Shown: positions 1 through 10,635 of the stretch, piece by piece
How positions within the stretch are numbered: the stretch's first letter is position 1
Layout: each line of letters starts with the position of its first letter
DNA from: a virus
IMG/VR virus record: IMGVR_UViG_3300027749_000060
Coordinates: 32,001-96,000 of that record
Length of the DNA: 64,000 bases
Strand: one strand, 5' to 3'
Made by a program: the position numbers and the translations under genes
The notes under the pieces: model-generated
The model's input: only the letters and a program-made list of their open reading frames with translations
Told to the model about the DNA's origin: nothing
Databases searched by the model: none

Positions 1-161
1 GGTTTAGTTCTATCATCATTGATTGTTGTCACCGGACCCCAGTTTGTATACTTAGGATCGCGATAATTCATACAACTAAAACTACGATAACTTTGATAGT
101 TGTCTTCCCCTAAACGATTTAATGGAATAAATCCTCTAGTGTCTGCTGGTCTAATTTTCAT
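1..161 (-). CDS. Pirin/YhhW-like cupin protein (5' part; runs off window)
   Basis: Manual translation MKIRPADTRGFIPLNRLGEDNYQSYRSFSCMNYRDPKYTNWGPVTTINDDRTK resembles the YhhW pirin N-terminus (R..RG...S..(T/S)FSF..Y.DP.......INDD). Not in the ORF track. Confidence 0.65.
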   Translation of the reverse strand, partial: MKIRPADTRGFIPLNRLGEDNYQSYRSFSCMNYRDPKYTNWGPVTTINDDRTK

Positions 162-181
162 ATACAGTATTTAATAGCCGT

Positions 182-208
182 AAAAAAGCCTACTATAAAA
201 GTAGGCTT
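182..208 (-). terminator. Rho-independent terminator after the 128-aa gene
   Basis: Stem aagcctact(186-194)/agtaggctt(200-208) with a U-tract on the - strand. Confidence 0.75.
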
Positions 209-228
209 GATTTTTAAATAACTACTGA

Positions 229-615
229 TTAACAGTCGTTAACAATACTGTAGCCAACTAACTCGCCGTCCCAAACACGAACACTAGTTAGACCAGTTGT
301 TGCATTAATTGCATCTTCTAGTAGACTGTTACGTTGCTGATCGGCTGCTGCACGGTTTGAGGGAAACGGTGCTGTTTCTGCACTGGCAATAACTGTAAAC
401 CAATGATTATCTGGCTTACCAATTCCGTACAATTCAATGCTTTGTTGCAATCCTCTAATAGCTTTTGAGTACAAACTATTTGGTAATAGATAGTTGGTTT
501 CTACATCTTGCTGCATATCAACTTGAAAAAACGCTAGATTGCGAGTTCCCATAGTTGTTGTTGGTTGTGTTTTCTGATAATTAACTGCTAAGTCTGTTCC
601 GGTTAGATTTGCCAT
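229..615 (-). CDS. Hypothetical protein, possibly virion-associated
   Basis: 128-aa ORF with AAGGAG SD and a TAAATA box at 642-647, directly downstream of the major capsid gene. Confidence 0.6.
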   Translation of the reverse strand: MANLTGTDLAVNYQKTQPTTTMGTRNLAFFQVDMQQDVETNYLLPNSLYSKAIRGLQQSIELYGIGKPDNHWFTVIASAETAPFPSNRAAADQQRNSLLEDAINATTGLTSVRVWDGELVGYSIVNDC

Positions 616-681
616 AATGGCTCCTTATAATTTAGTAATAATATTTATCAAAACTTGATAATTTATTATTGATTAGCCAAC

Positions 682-704
682 AAAAAAGGCTCCAAAGAGC
701 CTTT
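682..704 (-). terminator. Rho-independent terminator of the capsid operon
   Basis: AAAGGCTC-TTTG-GAGCC-TTTTTT on the - strand. Confidence 0.8.
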
Positions 705-747
705 AATGTAACTTCCCATCCCAAGGGTAAAAAGTTTGGTTCCGTTT

Positions 748-1917
748 TTATTGGAACGATAGATTTTGTACAGCGATCTCAGAAACGTAGTCACCTGCGT
801 TGCCTAAAGAACTTGCTGTATTTGTTAATTCAACATATCCATAACGTGTCATGAAACCAACTACTGGCTCAAACGTTTGTGGATCTAGAACAACACCACT
901 GCTCATCAATGGAACATATGGGCAATAGAATGCTGCTGCGTCAGCTTCGCTGGAACCTTTGTATCCAACTAAAACTGGCTTTTGGTCGTCAGCATAGCTG
1001 TCAACGAAAATACGCATTGCGCCATTCAATGTACCAACAAACTTAGTGTTTGTAGGTGCTTCAAATGTACCTTCTGTAGTACGAGCAAAAGCACTAGTTG
1101 TAGCAGACTGTAGCACAGTTAGTGCAGCAGATGAAACAACAGCCCAGTTTGCAGCGCCACGACGTGTACGTTGTGCAATTGAGTTAGCTGCGCGGTTAAT
1201 TAAAACAGCTAGAGCAGCATGCTCGTCACCAACGAATGTTGCGGTTCCAGATACAGCGGCCTGATTGTAATAGAATTCAGTTGCGGCTAGTGAGCGCAAT
1301 GATGCTAAAACTTCCTGGTCAATTTCAACTGTAATTTCTTGTGCTAGAGCAGCCATGATTTCTGCTTCAACATCCAAACCGTGCATAGCTTGTGCGTCTT
1401 GAGCAGCTTCAAATGTCCAACGAGCAGATAGCTTACGAGTACGAGCCTCAACTACTTGCTTCAAGATTTGAACATTGATACGATTTCCTGGTACACCTTC
1501 TAATGCACTTGTTGAATATGCTCTTGATGTTGCTGGGTTACCAGAATATGCTGTAGCAATTTTGAATGGGCTTAGTGCTTCGTCACCAACGCTAGCGCCA
1601 TCGTTTCCTGCGGAAACATTATCAGCATAACGAACACGTAAAGTGTGGATCTGTGCAACAGGTCCGGTCATTGGTTGTACACCAACAATTTCGTTAGCAA
1701 TAACGGTAGGCATTACACGACGAATAACTGGAAGAATTACACGGTTAAGTGTAGACATATTTCCAGATGTTGTTGCACCGGTGCTTGCTGTCTCAGCTAG
1801 ATTTCTGCGAGTATTTTCTAGGATAATACTCATTGTTGTGCGGCGTGATCCTTGTAGACCTTCTAGCAGGGCATCTTTAGTTTCGCCCCAACGGCCTTCT
1901 AATAGTTCTTGTGTCAT
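748..1917 (-). CDS. gp23: Major capsid protein, T4 gp23-like
   Basis: Motifs GVQPMTGP, RKLSARWTFEAAQD, EITVEIDQE, AAFYCPYVPL, GFMTRYG. Confidence 0.95.
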   Translation of the reverse strand: MTQELLEGRWGETKDALLEGLQGSRRTTMSIILENTRRNLAETASTGATTSGNMSTLNRVILPVIRRVMPTVIANEIVGVQPMTGPVAQIHTLRVRYADNVSAGNDGASVGDEALSPFKIATAYSGNPATSRAYSTSALEGVPGNRINVQILKQVVEARTRKLSARWTFEAAQDAQAMHGLDVEAEIMAALAQEITVEIDQEVLASLRSLAATEFYYNQAAVSGTATFVGDEHAALAVLINRAANSIAQRTRRGAANWAVVSSAALTVLQSATTSAFARTTEGTFEAPTNTKFVGTLNGAMRIFVDSYADDQKPVLVGYKGSSEADAAAFYCPYVPLMSSGVVLDPQTFEPVVGFMTRYGYVELTNTASSLGNAGDYVSEIAVQNLSFQ

Positions 1918-1943
1918 TTTCTTTCCTTTAAGGTTTAACTATA

Positions 1944-3038
1944 TTATTTTAACCCTGCTAATCGACGTAACTCAACAACATTAGTGTTGGATTGAGTTGT
2001 CACTTTAGCAGTCTTATCTCCAGTTACTGCAACATGTCCTTCATTTAGAGTAGTCGTAGACTTCTCTTTTGTAGAACTTGATGTTAGTACTGCTGGAAGA
2101 TACTTATCAAATGCCGACTTTAATTTATCAGTCTGCACGTTTTCAAGAAGTTCGCGCATTACCACTTGCTTCTCGCGGGTAAGAGTACCCAATAATCCAG
2201 AAATTACTTCCTTACGATTAATACTCTCAGTAATCACGCGAATTTCGCGATCTTTCGATTCAACAAGCTGACGTGTATCAACTGCGGCTTTAGAAGCCTC
2301 ATTGATTTGTGCTTGTTGTTGATTAATAACTTGTTTTAGTTTTTGCAATTCGCGATTTTCATTAAGATGAGTCAATGAAAATTCACCAGCAAAAGCTTCG
2401 AATATACGACGGCCAAACATGTTCTCACGAGCAAGTTGAATGTCTTCTTTGAGTTGTGATAGTTCAGCACCTAGTTTTGTAGTCACTGATTCTTTAACAA
2501 GTTGTGCGCTGCTAGCAATGAAACGTTTTTGTAATTCGCTAATTTTTTCTCTAGCTTCTGCAACTAGTTTAACTTTAGTTTCAATTACGGCTTGTTTGTC
2601 TTGCGCAAATTCTCTAATTTCTCCCGCCAATGAGCGAACAATGAATTGTTCTAGACGACGATAGTTTTCAGTTTGAATTTTGCGGTCTTTGTGCAACTCT
2701 TTAATTTCTTCAGCTAGTTTAGTAGCCATGAAATTATTGAATCTGCCAGCACTTTCCATCATGTGGTTTTTAACACGCACACGATCTTCTACTACAGCTT
2801 GTTTTTCGCCAACAAATTCTTCAATTTCTTTAGCGAGACTTTCAGTAACCATTTTGTCTAGGGCTTCTACCATTACTTGTTTGTCATGATTGTAGCGACT
2901 AGCCATTTCTTCGCGCAATTCGGCGCGAATACTTTCACGAGCTTCATTTAACTTGGTTTCCCAAGCTTCACTGATAGCTGTACGAGTTTCCTCGTTAACA
3001 ATGCCACTATCTAATAATGGTTTGATAGCATCAAACAT
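1944..3038 (-). CDS. gp22: Prohead core scaffold protein, gp22-like
   Basis: Coiled-coil, Glu/Lys-rich 364 aa between the protease and capsid genes. Confidence 0.8.
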   Translation of the reverse strand: MFDAIKPLLDSGIVNEETRTAISEAWETKLNEARESIRAELREEMASRYNHDKQVMVEALDKMVTESLAKEIEEFVGEKQAVVEDRVRVKNHMMESAGRFNNFMATKLAEEIKELHKDRKIQTENYRRLEQFIVRSLAGEIREFAQDKQAVIETKVKLVAEAREKISELQKRFIASSAQLVKESVTTKLGAELSQLKEDIQLARENMFGRRIFEAFAGEFSLTHLNENRELQKLKQVINQQQAQINEASKAAVDTRQLVESKDREIRVITESINRKEVISGLLGTLTREKQVVMRELLENVQTDKLKSAFDKYLPAVLTSSSTKEKSTTTLNEGHVAVTGDKTAKVTTQSNTNVVELRRLAGLK

Positions 3039-3050
3039 AATAGCTTTCTC

Positions 3051-3686
3051 CTATAATTTTAAGTCATTGATCAAGCGAGTTACCTGCTCTTTCAAATACT
3101 TTTGCACTTTTTTGTCGCCCTGAGCATCACGAGCTATTTCTAGCGCCTTGTGCCCATGTTTCATATTAAACAAACCTTCATAGATGGCTGTTGGATATGC
3201 ATGTGGCGCACTAGGTTGTGCTACAATGTCAACTGTGACTATCTCGAATTCACTGACGTGCCCAGTGCCTTCGCTGACGTTACCGCTACCGCGGCTTGAA
3301 ACACCTAATTTAACACCACTTTCTAACATGGTTCGGACTAACTGTCCCATAGGTGTTGGTAGAATCTTTAACTTGCCGCAGCCTGCAGGACCATCCATCC
3401 ACATTTGTTCAATCATGTGGCTGACACGGTCCAAATTAATTTTTAAATCATCTGGGTGATCTACTTCGCCTAGGACGCTGTAGCCACCTTTGATTTGCTC
3501 ATTAATCTCTGACACTGCTTTGGTAATTTCATTAACAGGGTAAATACGCTCGTTTAGATTTCTTACGCCGCCTTCAATGAAAATACCTTTCATGTAGCAC
3601 TCTTTGACTGAGCCAGACTTGCTATCCTCGTAGAGGACTTCCATGCCAGCACGGTCAAAGGTAAGATTTTCTTTTAAATAAGCCAT
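3051..3686 (-). CDS. gp21: Prohead protease, gp21-like
   Basis: N.N.R.YP, LGEVDHP, LGVSSRGSG and DIVAQPSAP motifs. Confidence 0.93.
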   Translation of the reverse strand: MAYLKENLTFDRAGMEVLYEDSKSGSVKECYMKGIFIEGGVRNLNERIYPVNEITKAVSEINEQIKGGYSVLGEVDHPDDLKINLDRVSHMIEQMWMDGPAGCGKLKILPTPMGQLVRTMLESGVKLGVSSRGSGNVSEGTGHVSEFEIVTVDIVAQPSAPHAYPTAIYEGLFNMKHGHKALEIARDAQGDKKVQKYLKEQVTRLINDLKL

Positions 3687-3695
3687 TATAACTAA

Positions 3696-4640
3696 TTAAC
3701 GAGTGGTTTTACGTGCTACTTTACGTGACTCAGCTACTACGCTGCCTTTAGCAACCGGAACTGAACCATCGGTAGTTTGTCCTTCTTTGCCATGATTCTT
3801 TTCATAGCTGGTTTCATTCTTGTTAAAGAACTTGTTAGCACCATTGCCGCCAGGAACATTAACATTGCGTTTAGCGATGTCATTTTCTGTAGCACCTTTG
3901 CTATATGCATTGTTTGGTTTGGTATAAGCCTTACCTTCGGGCGCCGCTTCCGATCCACCTTGGGCAATATTTTTGTTAGTTCCGCCCATGTTGTTCTTAG
4001 GTTGATTTAGGCTTTTAGAATTAACAGAGGTACTACCACCACTGCTGCCAATTAGTTTGCCTTCAGATCCGCCCTTTTTTTCAGCGCCATGACCGTCTTT
4101 AACTGGAATAACATATTCCATCAATTCCGAATCATCCATTCCCGGTGCTTCACCATGCATGCTGTGTATACTTACATCACCATGTACACCTGGCTCGCCG
4201 TCTTCCTCATTTTCTTCGCCAGCAATGATTTTATCAAACTTTGCTTGCAATTCGTCTAATTCTGCTTCTAGGCCCATAACACGGTTGGACAAATCTTCTT
4301 CGCCTTCTTCGCCGCCTTCTTCGTCGCCAAATGGGTTTTCTTCTTTGCCTTCTTCGCCGCCTTCTTCGTCGCCAAATGGGTTTTCTTCATCGGAATCTGA
4401 CGATGGCATTTCCATTTCGCCTTCTTCTTCTTCCTGTTCTTCGCTCATGCCAAGATGATCATTGGAAATTTCGTCTACTAGATCGTCTACACCGTTTGAT
4501 TCGCCATGTGGGCTAACTTCATCGATTAGATTTTCATAAATTGATCTTGATTTTTCAACAACGATTTGGTGAAAAAGTTCACGTGCTTTGTCTTCTTGCT
4601 CATTGATGATATATTCAATTAGCTTTTCAAATTGGTTCAT
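3696..4640 (-). CDS. Acidic, low-complexity prohead core-like protein
   Basis: Very Glu/Gly-rich, in the head module. Start placed at MNQFEK (AAGGAG upstream; TAAATA at 4694-4699). Confidence 0.65.
   Translation of the reverse strand: MNQFEKLIEYIINEQEDKARELFHQIVVEKSRSIYENLIDEVSPHGESNGVDDLVDEISNDHLGMSEEQEEEEGEMEMPSSDSDEENPFGDEEGGEEGKEENPFGDEEGGEEGEEDLSNRVMGLEAELDELQAKFDKIIAGEENEEDGEPGVHGDVSIHSMHGEAPGMDDSELMEYVIPVKDGHGAEKKGGSEGKLIGSSGGSTSVNSKSLNQPKNNMGGTNKNIAQGGSEAAPEGKAYTKPNNAYSKGATENDIAKRNVNVPGGNGANKFFNKNETSYEKNHGKEGQTTDGSVPVAKGSVVAESRKVARKTTR
4302..4388. repeat. Two identical 42-bp copies (period 45) encoding EENPFGDEEGGEEG
   Basis: Copies at 4302-4343 and 4347-4388. Confidence 0.9.
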
Positions 4641-4751
4641 AGGAGGCTCCTTGTAATTATGTGAGTTAACCACATTATGTGGTCGCTTAATGATATTTAC
4701 ATAATATCGTAATATTATGCGTTAAATGGCGGTTTTTTGACGGTTTTTAAA

Positions 4752-4982
4752 TTAAAGACCAGGCATTCCAGCTGCTGCTGGGGGCTTGTACTGCTTTGCT
4801 ACGTCTTCAACTTCTTGTTGACGTTCAAATGTACGTAGGTCATTCATAACTCTCAGGCGTTTAATTTGTAGTAGAGTTAATCGGCTTTTACGAGAATCTG
4901 TCATTTTTTTAACAGATTGGTCGTCATTTTCAGAGCTGTAGCCTTCAGCTGAATTAGTACTAAAAAATTCGGTTATAAACAT
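4752..4982 (-). CDS. Small head-module hypothetical protein
   Basis: 76-aa ORF between portal and core genes, TAAATA box 6 nt upstream of ATG. Confidence 0.7.
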   Translation of the reverse strand: MFITEFFSTNSAEGYSSENDDQSVKKMTDSRKSRLTLLQIKRLRVMNDLRTFERQQEVEDVAKQYKPPAAAGMPGL

Positions 4983-5010
4983 ATATGATATTTATCAAAC
5001 AAATTAAAAA

Positions 5011-6750
5011 TTATACCACACCTGGCATTGGGGCATTTGCACCGCCTCCCATTGGGGTTGCACCACCACCTGCACCCACTCCGGCAGCACCGGGCATAGC
5101 ACCAGGCATGCCCAGGTCGCCGCCTGGCATACTGCCATCCAATCCAGGCAATGCTTCGGCATTGGTCATATCTCCGCTGATTGCACCTGGTGTGATGCCT
5201 ACGCTACGTAAACCAACATCGTTCGCATCACCGGCAGTTTTTGTTTCCCCTTGCTCTTCAAGCCAAGCTTCTTCGTTTTCGCTCATCTCTTGTTCGTTTA
5301 GTCCCAAATAACGTTTCATTAAGAATCTCTTAGAGAAATACGGATATTGCTCTAGCTGCGTATATGTATTAATACGTGCTGCATCGACTTCTGTTTGACG
5401 ATATTGTGCAAAATTCTGCGGTTCATTGAGGTCTAATGTAAACAATTGACTGTCTATATTAATACCTCTCCAACGCATAAACATCTTAAATTCGGTGTCT
5501 AGTTTACCAACAATCATGTTTTGTAATCTAACACAATAACGATTAAAACGCCACTCTTGAATTAAAGCAGTGCCTACTCTGCCGTCGGTAATTGACGCTG
5601 TTCCGTCATCTGCACCAGTTGGTAAATAGCTGCTGGGAATACGCAAGCCACGGAATAACTTGTTAGTAAAGAAACGCAAGTCCGTAATTTCGCCCAAATT
5701 TTGTCCACCTTGCAACACTTCAACTTTGCTGCCACGTCCTTCGGCTGTTTGCGGAAAGAAAAAGTCTTCGTTAGTGGATATGGGATTGTATGTAGCATCC
5801 ATCATATTGGCGCCGCCGCCAGTCTGACTAGGAATTCTACGTTGTTGAATTTCGTTTTTAACACGCTCAACAAAGGCCATAGCCATATGACTCGGCATAT
5901 TACCAACGTCTACATAAAATGCCCTGCGTTCTGGCGCACGTTGCACACGATAAATGATAATAGCATCTTCAATAAGTTCTTTTTGTTTGAACACTTTGAA
6001 AATGTTTTCTAATACGCTATTACCAAAAGGCCAATTGACATCGAGCCCTTCAGTTAAACTTAAATGTACTATATGTTCTGCATTTATTGCAGATTCGTTT
6101 TGTGCTTTTTGGAATCTGCTACCGCCGGTATAAGGTGCAGCAGGTTGTATATAAGAACCGTTTGCTCCGCCTACTTGCGGATGGTTTGAATATACATCGG
6201 ATGTGCTTACCGCAGTCACAGTTAAATTTTGAAAATTGGGCTGAATATCTTTTAAAATATATTGTTCAGGTTCTTTGCCTTGCGTTTCGTTTACAATAAC
6301 CTTAACTACTTTACCCATTTCTACCCACATGAGCTCAAATGTTTCTGGGTCACGCACAAATACTTGATCGCCGTATTTTAAAGTATTTCTGACAATTTTA
6401 AATATTCTTCTATTAAATTCGTTCAATGATACCCATTGTTGTAATTGCTCTTTAATGATGTCAACTTCATTATCTGTTGGTTTTTCTTTATAATTTAATT
6501 TAAAAGGTAATCCAGTGGTTGCATCAGGTTGGCTACTGAATTCAGCTAAAATGTCCAATGCAGCGTTTACTTCCGAGTCTTGGTCCATTTGTTCGTATTG
6601 ATTGTATCTTTCAAGACGGTTTGGATGCCCAACATATACCTCTGGTAAATTACTTTGATAATTCCTGTATGAAGGGGTATTCCCAGATTGCAATGGCACA
6701 GGACTAAGCATTGCTGGGTTTGGCGATTTAAAGTATTTTTTCCAAGACAT
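5011..6750 (-). CDS. gp20: Portal protein, gp20-like
   Basis: EDAIIIYRVQRAPERRAFYVDVGNMP, EDFFFP...GRGSKVEVL.GGQNLGEI.D, L..P.S. Confidence 0.95.
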   Translation of the reverse strand: MSWKKYFKSPNPAMLSPVPLQSGNTPSYRNYQSNLPEVYVGHPNRLERYNQYEQMDQDSEVNAALDILAEFSSQPDATTGLPFKLNYKEKPTDNEVDIIKEQLQQWVSLNEFNRRIFKIVRNTLKYGDQVFVRDPETFELMWVEMGKVVKVIVNETQGKEPEQYILKDIQPNFQNLTVTAVSTSDVYSNHPQVGGANGSYIQPAAPYTGGSRFQKAQNESAINAEHIVHLSLTEGLDVNWPFGNSVLENIFKVFKQKELIEDAIIIYRVQRAPERRAFYVDVGNMPSHMAMAFVERVKNEIQQRRIPSQTGGGANMMDATYNPISTNEDFFFPQTAEGRGSKVEVLQGGQNLGEITDLRFFTNKLFRGLRIPSSYLPTGADDGTASITDGRVGTALIQEWRFNRYCVRLQNMIVGKLDTEFKMFMRWRGINIDSQLFTLDLNEPQNFAQYRQTEVDAARINTYTQLEQYPYFSKRFLMKRYLGLNEQEMSENEEAWLEEQGETKTAGDANDVGLRSVGITPGAISGDMTNAEALPGLDGSMPGGDLGMPGAMPGAAGVGAGGGATPMGGGANAPMPGVV

Positions 6751-6805
6751 TTTAAATGAATCTCTCTATTAACTATATTTATTACTAATGATATAGCGTT
6801 ATGTT

Positions 6806-9800
6806 TTAATATGCTGCATTTAATAACTGTCGGGTATTATTGTTGCCTTCGGTTAGTAAATTTATTAAATTATCAGTTTTTGTTATACTAGTTTCCATTG
6901 CTAGTAATTGTTTACTTACTAATTCAAGTAACTGTTGCTGATCAGACCCTATAGGAGCAGATATTGGTTCGTTGGTTAGAGATTTTGGTTGAACTTGAGT
7001 TGCTTTTTCTGCTTGAACATTTTTATCCCTGAGTTCCCCAATCATTCTAGACAAAGCACCATCTAACTGTTGATTGCTATCAACTATTAACGATTTTGAT
7101 ATACTATCAAAACTTTTATTAATTTGATTTGGAGAATCTTGATTTGTTAATAATAACTGTGATGTGTTTTTATCTGTTGATACACCTAACGCTAACATTT
7201 GATCAAATGTTTTTTGTATAGACGTTGAACCCAAGTCAAATTGATTAGTTGACATTGCCGAATTGAACATCTTATCAGTTAGTGTTTGAAATTGTGTAGT
7301 TTGATCGGTTGATTGTTTGCTTGCAGTACCACTGAAGTTAAGTAACTGCCCCATTGTAGTTTCCATTTGTGACATCAATGAGTTAGATTGCGCAGTATCT
7401 GCTTTTGTATTATTACCAAAAGAATCAATTGACGATTTTAATTGTGCAGTTTGATCTGCAAACTGTGCGGTGGGTAATTTAATAGCACCAGACATCTGAT
7501 CAATCGACGATTTTAATTGTGCAGCTTGATCTGCAAACTGTGCGGTGGGTAATTTAATAGCACCAGACATCTGATCAATCGACGATTTTAATTGTGCAGC
7601 TTGATCTGTAAATTGTGTATTAGGTGCTTTAACAGAACCAATCAATTGATCAATTGAAGTTTTTATTTGCCCAACTTGAGTCGCAACTTGTGCAGTGGGT
7701 AAATTTGCAGAACCAATCAATTGATCAATTGAAGTTTTTATTTGGCTAGCTTGATCTGCAAATTGTTTATCTTGCCCGTTGGGTAATTTAACGGCAGTAG
7801 CCAATTGGTCAATTGACGTTTTTATTTGTCCTGCTTGATCTGCAAATTGTGCGTTAGGTGTACTAATAGATCCAATTAATTGAGTGATTAAACTTTTTAT
7901 GTCACTGGTTTGATTTGCAAACTGTGCATTGGGTAAATTAACAGCACTAGTCAATTGATCCATTGAAGTTTTTATTAAACCAGCTTGATCTGCTACTTGA
8001 GTATTCTGTACGTTAGGCAGTTTAACAGCAGTAATTAATTGATCAATTGATGTTTTTATTTGACTTGACTGATCTGCAAACTGTGCATTGGGTAACTTAA
8101 CAGCATCTAATAATTGGTTAACTATGCCTTGTAATTGAGTATTTTGCCCCAACGACTGTTGATCCATGGATTTACCAATGGTAGTTAATTGATCAATTGC
8201 CAATTTTGTAACTTCTGCGTTATTTGATCTAGACATTTCTGCCGAATTCATTTGATCAAATATAGTTTTAAGTTGTGGTGCAAAATCAGTAAAGCCCGGA
8301 GGCATCATTGATTCAACTTTAATGTTAATATCTTTGTTCAGTATGTCAGATAACTTATTTGCTCCGCTTGATAACAAGGTCTGCAGAGAAGTACCAGCAG
8401 CAGACAAGCTAGAAAAAAACTCTTTAAATGGAGTTTGAGCTTGCTCGTTTGCTGTTGATATAATACTACTAGGAGTAGCAAGCCCTTTATTGTATTCATC
8501 GGTTTCAGCTCGATTTAATACACGCTCACCTTCATGTATTAATAAAATTTTGGTACTGGGTTCAGCAGCGGCACCGTAACGTTTGCCTGTTCCATCCAGT
8601 CTGGTATTTTTAGGTTTACTAAAAAATCCCTCAATTGCGCCGCCAATACCGCCAATTATGCCGCCAATTACGGTTCCAGTAGCTGCTCCGCTATAAAGAC
8701 CTGCGCCTGCGCCTATTACTGTACCAAAGCCAGGACCAACAGCACTTCCGGCTATACCGCCGGCGACCATGCCAACGCCAGCACCTGTTTCAGCACCAAA
8801 TGCGGCGCCATCGGCGGCGCCGCTAAGAGCGCCCGCTTTTACTCTATCAAACGTACTTCCCCCACCTGCAGCGGATGCTGCACCGGTGCTACTGCCTCTA
8901 TCGTGTATCTCTTTGGCAATTTCAGCAAATGTCTCTTTTATGCTTTCAAGCATTGCTGCGGTTACCGACGCATACCCTTTAATCAATGGATCCATGGCCG
9001 ATTGTAAATCTAGTGCCATTTTTTGCGATGCTTGCAGTGCTTTCATCAGATCATTAGTTAACTCGTCTTTGGTAGTTTCTTGCCCTTTGGTGCCTTGTTC
9101 GGCCAATTTTTGTGCATCGGCAGTCCATAAATTTCTGAATTTCAACTCATCGCCCATTACTTTAGATAAATCAGTAACAAACCCACCAATACCTGCCATA
9201 CCTGCCATACCAATATCCGACTGCTTGAGCATGTCATCTTTAATTTGGCCAGTATACTGCCCATTTATACGTCGTTGTTCAGCATCATCAAGTTTACCAG
9301 CTTGGAATGCTTTATAGCTGGAGGTAACACTGTCGGTTAATCCTTGACTCATTGCTGCCGCTGCTGCGCCTTCTTTGTTAATAACACTGCCAAACATGAC
9401 CATGTCCATGAAGTTTTTGCGCTCCAATTCACTCATGTTACCCATCGCACCAATAACACCCTTGCGCTGATTTTCATCCATGCCGGCTAGTTTTTGTTGG
9501 AAACCAAGTTGACTGGCTTGATCTCTAACTCTTGCCATTCTTTGTTTTGCATCTTCGCCAGTAATAGCAGATATTATTCTTAAATTTTCAGCATATTTTT
9601 GTGTTTCTGCTGCAATTTGCGTGTCTGTGGCCTTTAAGGGTCCACCAGACTGACGCATATCTTTCATGGTTTCTGCCACTAAACCAGCTTGATCTTCTAA
9701 ACTGTATCCCAAATTTAATAGGCTGCGTTGCATTGTGTCGCCACCAGCTTTTAGTGCTGCACCTACTTTTTTAATGCCGCCAGATACACCCAATCCGGAA

Positions 9801-10618
9801 CCTGCTAGGGTACTTGAATTTTCTTGTACTACTTTAGCAAATTGATTTACTGTTAACCCAGCTGCTAAGGATGCATCACGCATGCCTTGTACACCGTCGG
9901 CAAATAGAGCACCACTGGCACTCATTGTCATAAACGATTCTACTGATTTTTTTAGTTCTGCACTCAGAACTTCTATACCAAATTTAGCTAGTTTGCTTGC
10001 CGATTCGCTGAAAAAACTAAGTGCAGTCCCTGCTGCCATTAGCCCTAATCCAAATAGTTTTGCTTTTCCTGTGCCATGCATCAGGGCTTCGCCCAGGCCT
10101 TGTGCACCTCCAGCCGCAGCTTGTAGTCCACTGTTAGCAACATCAACGCCAGCGGTCATTATTCCAGCAGCTACATCTATACTAGACGCACCGCTTTGTA
10201 GATTTTTTACAAAAGTCCCAGCGCCACCTGCGGCAATTTGTCCTATCGCTGCACTGGCTTTTTGCAATCCTATAGTAAAGTTAATGGTTGCCGCTTTAGC
10301 ATTAGCTTCAAAATTTTCTTTAGCTATCTGGGATTTCTCCCACATGAGAGTATCTTTTTCAGTTTTTTTAGTAGTTTTAGATATCTGTTCGTCTAGTTTT
10401 TTTAACTCATCTGATATATCCCGATATGGTAATTTTTGATTTTTAATTACACTACTAAAAAATCCAGTGTCCTTTGAAGCTTGCCTGATAGTCTTTGACA
10501 GACGTAACAGCGCATCATTGGCTTCTTGTGCCCGTGCTGCATCTTCCGCACTGGTGCGAGTCTGTATGCCTGCTTGTAACGCTTGAACAATTGCTTCTGC
10601 TAATCTAGTTTCATCCAT
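6806..10618 (-). CDS. Tape-measure-like protein
   Basis: 1270 aa, Ala/Gly/Gln-rich helical, central glycine-zipper segment, HEGERVL motif, 25-aa repeats. Confidence 0.75.
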   Translation of the reverse strand: MDETRLAEAIVQALQAGIQTRTSAEDAARAQEANDALLRLSKTIRQASKDTGFFSSVIKNQKLPYRDISDELKKLDEQISKTTKKTEKDTLMWEKSQIAKENFEANAKAATINFTIGLQKASAAIGQIAAGGAGTFVKNLQSGASSIDVAAGIMTAGVDVANSGLQAAAGGAQGLGEALMHGTGKAKLFGLGLMAAGTALSFFSESASKLAKFGIEVLSAELKKSVESFMTMSASGALFADGVQGMRDASLAAGLTVNQFAKVVQENSSTLAGSGLGVSGGIKKVGAALKAGGDTMQRSLLNLGYSLEDQAGLVAETMKDMRQSGGPLKATDTQIAAETQKYAENLRIISAITGEDAKQRMARVRDQASQLGFQQKLAGMDENQRKGVIGAMGNMSELERKNFMDMVMFGSVINKEGAAAAAMSQGLTDSVTSSYKAFQAGKLDDAEQRRINGQYTGQIKDDMLKQSDIGMAGMAGIGGFVTDLSKVMGDELKFRNLWTADAQKLAEQGTKGQETTKDELTNDLMKALQASQKMALDLQSAMDPLIKGYASVTAAMLESIKETFAEIAKEIHDRGSSTGAASAAGGGSTFDRVKAGALSGAADGAAFGAETGAGVGMVAGGIAGSAVGPGFGTVIGAGAGLYSGAATGTVIGGIIGGIGGAIEGFFSKPKNTRLDGTGKRYGAAAEPSTKILLIHEGERVLNRAETDEYNKGLATPSSIISTANEQAQTPFKEFFSSLSAAGTSLQTLLSSGANKLSDILNKDINIKVESMMPPGFTDFAPQLKTIFDQMNSAEMSRSNNAEVTKLAIDQLTTIGKSMDQQSLGQNTQLQGIVNQLLDAVKLPNAQFADQSSQIKTSIDQLITAVKLPNVQNTQVADQAGLIKTSMDQLTSAVNLPNAQFANQTSDIKSLITQLIGSISTPNAQFADQAGQIKTSIDQLATAVKLPNGQDKQFADQASQIKTSIDQLIGSANLPTAQVATQVGQIKTSIDQLIGSVKAPNTQFTDQAAQLKSSIDQMSGAIKLPTAQFADQAAQLKSSIDQMSGAIKLPTAQFADQTAQLKSSIDSFGNNTKADTAQSNSLMSQMETTMGQLLNFSGTASKQSTDQTTQFQTLTDKMFNSAMSTNQFDLGSTSIQKTFDQMLALGVSTDKNTSQLLLTNQDSPNQINKSFDSISKSLIVDSNQQLDGALSRMIGELRDKNVQAEKATQVQPKSLTNEPISAPIGSDQQQLLELVSKQLLAMETSITKTDNLINLLTEGNNNTRQLLNAAY
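7430..8130. repeat. About 9 tandem 75-84-bp coding repeats (QFADQAAQLKSSIDQMSGAIKLPTA)
   Basis: attgtgcag at 7441 and 7516 (period 75); copies degenerate toward 8130. Confidence 0.85.
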
Positions 10619-10635
10619 GGCCAGGTTTTTCCCGA

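Noticed and set aside
669-10439. Many + strand ORFs antisense to head and tape-measure genes
   Set aside because: They are shadows of well-supported - strand genes, with no SD or recognisable motifs.
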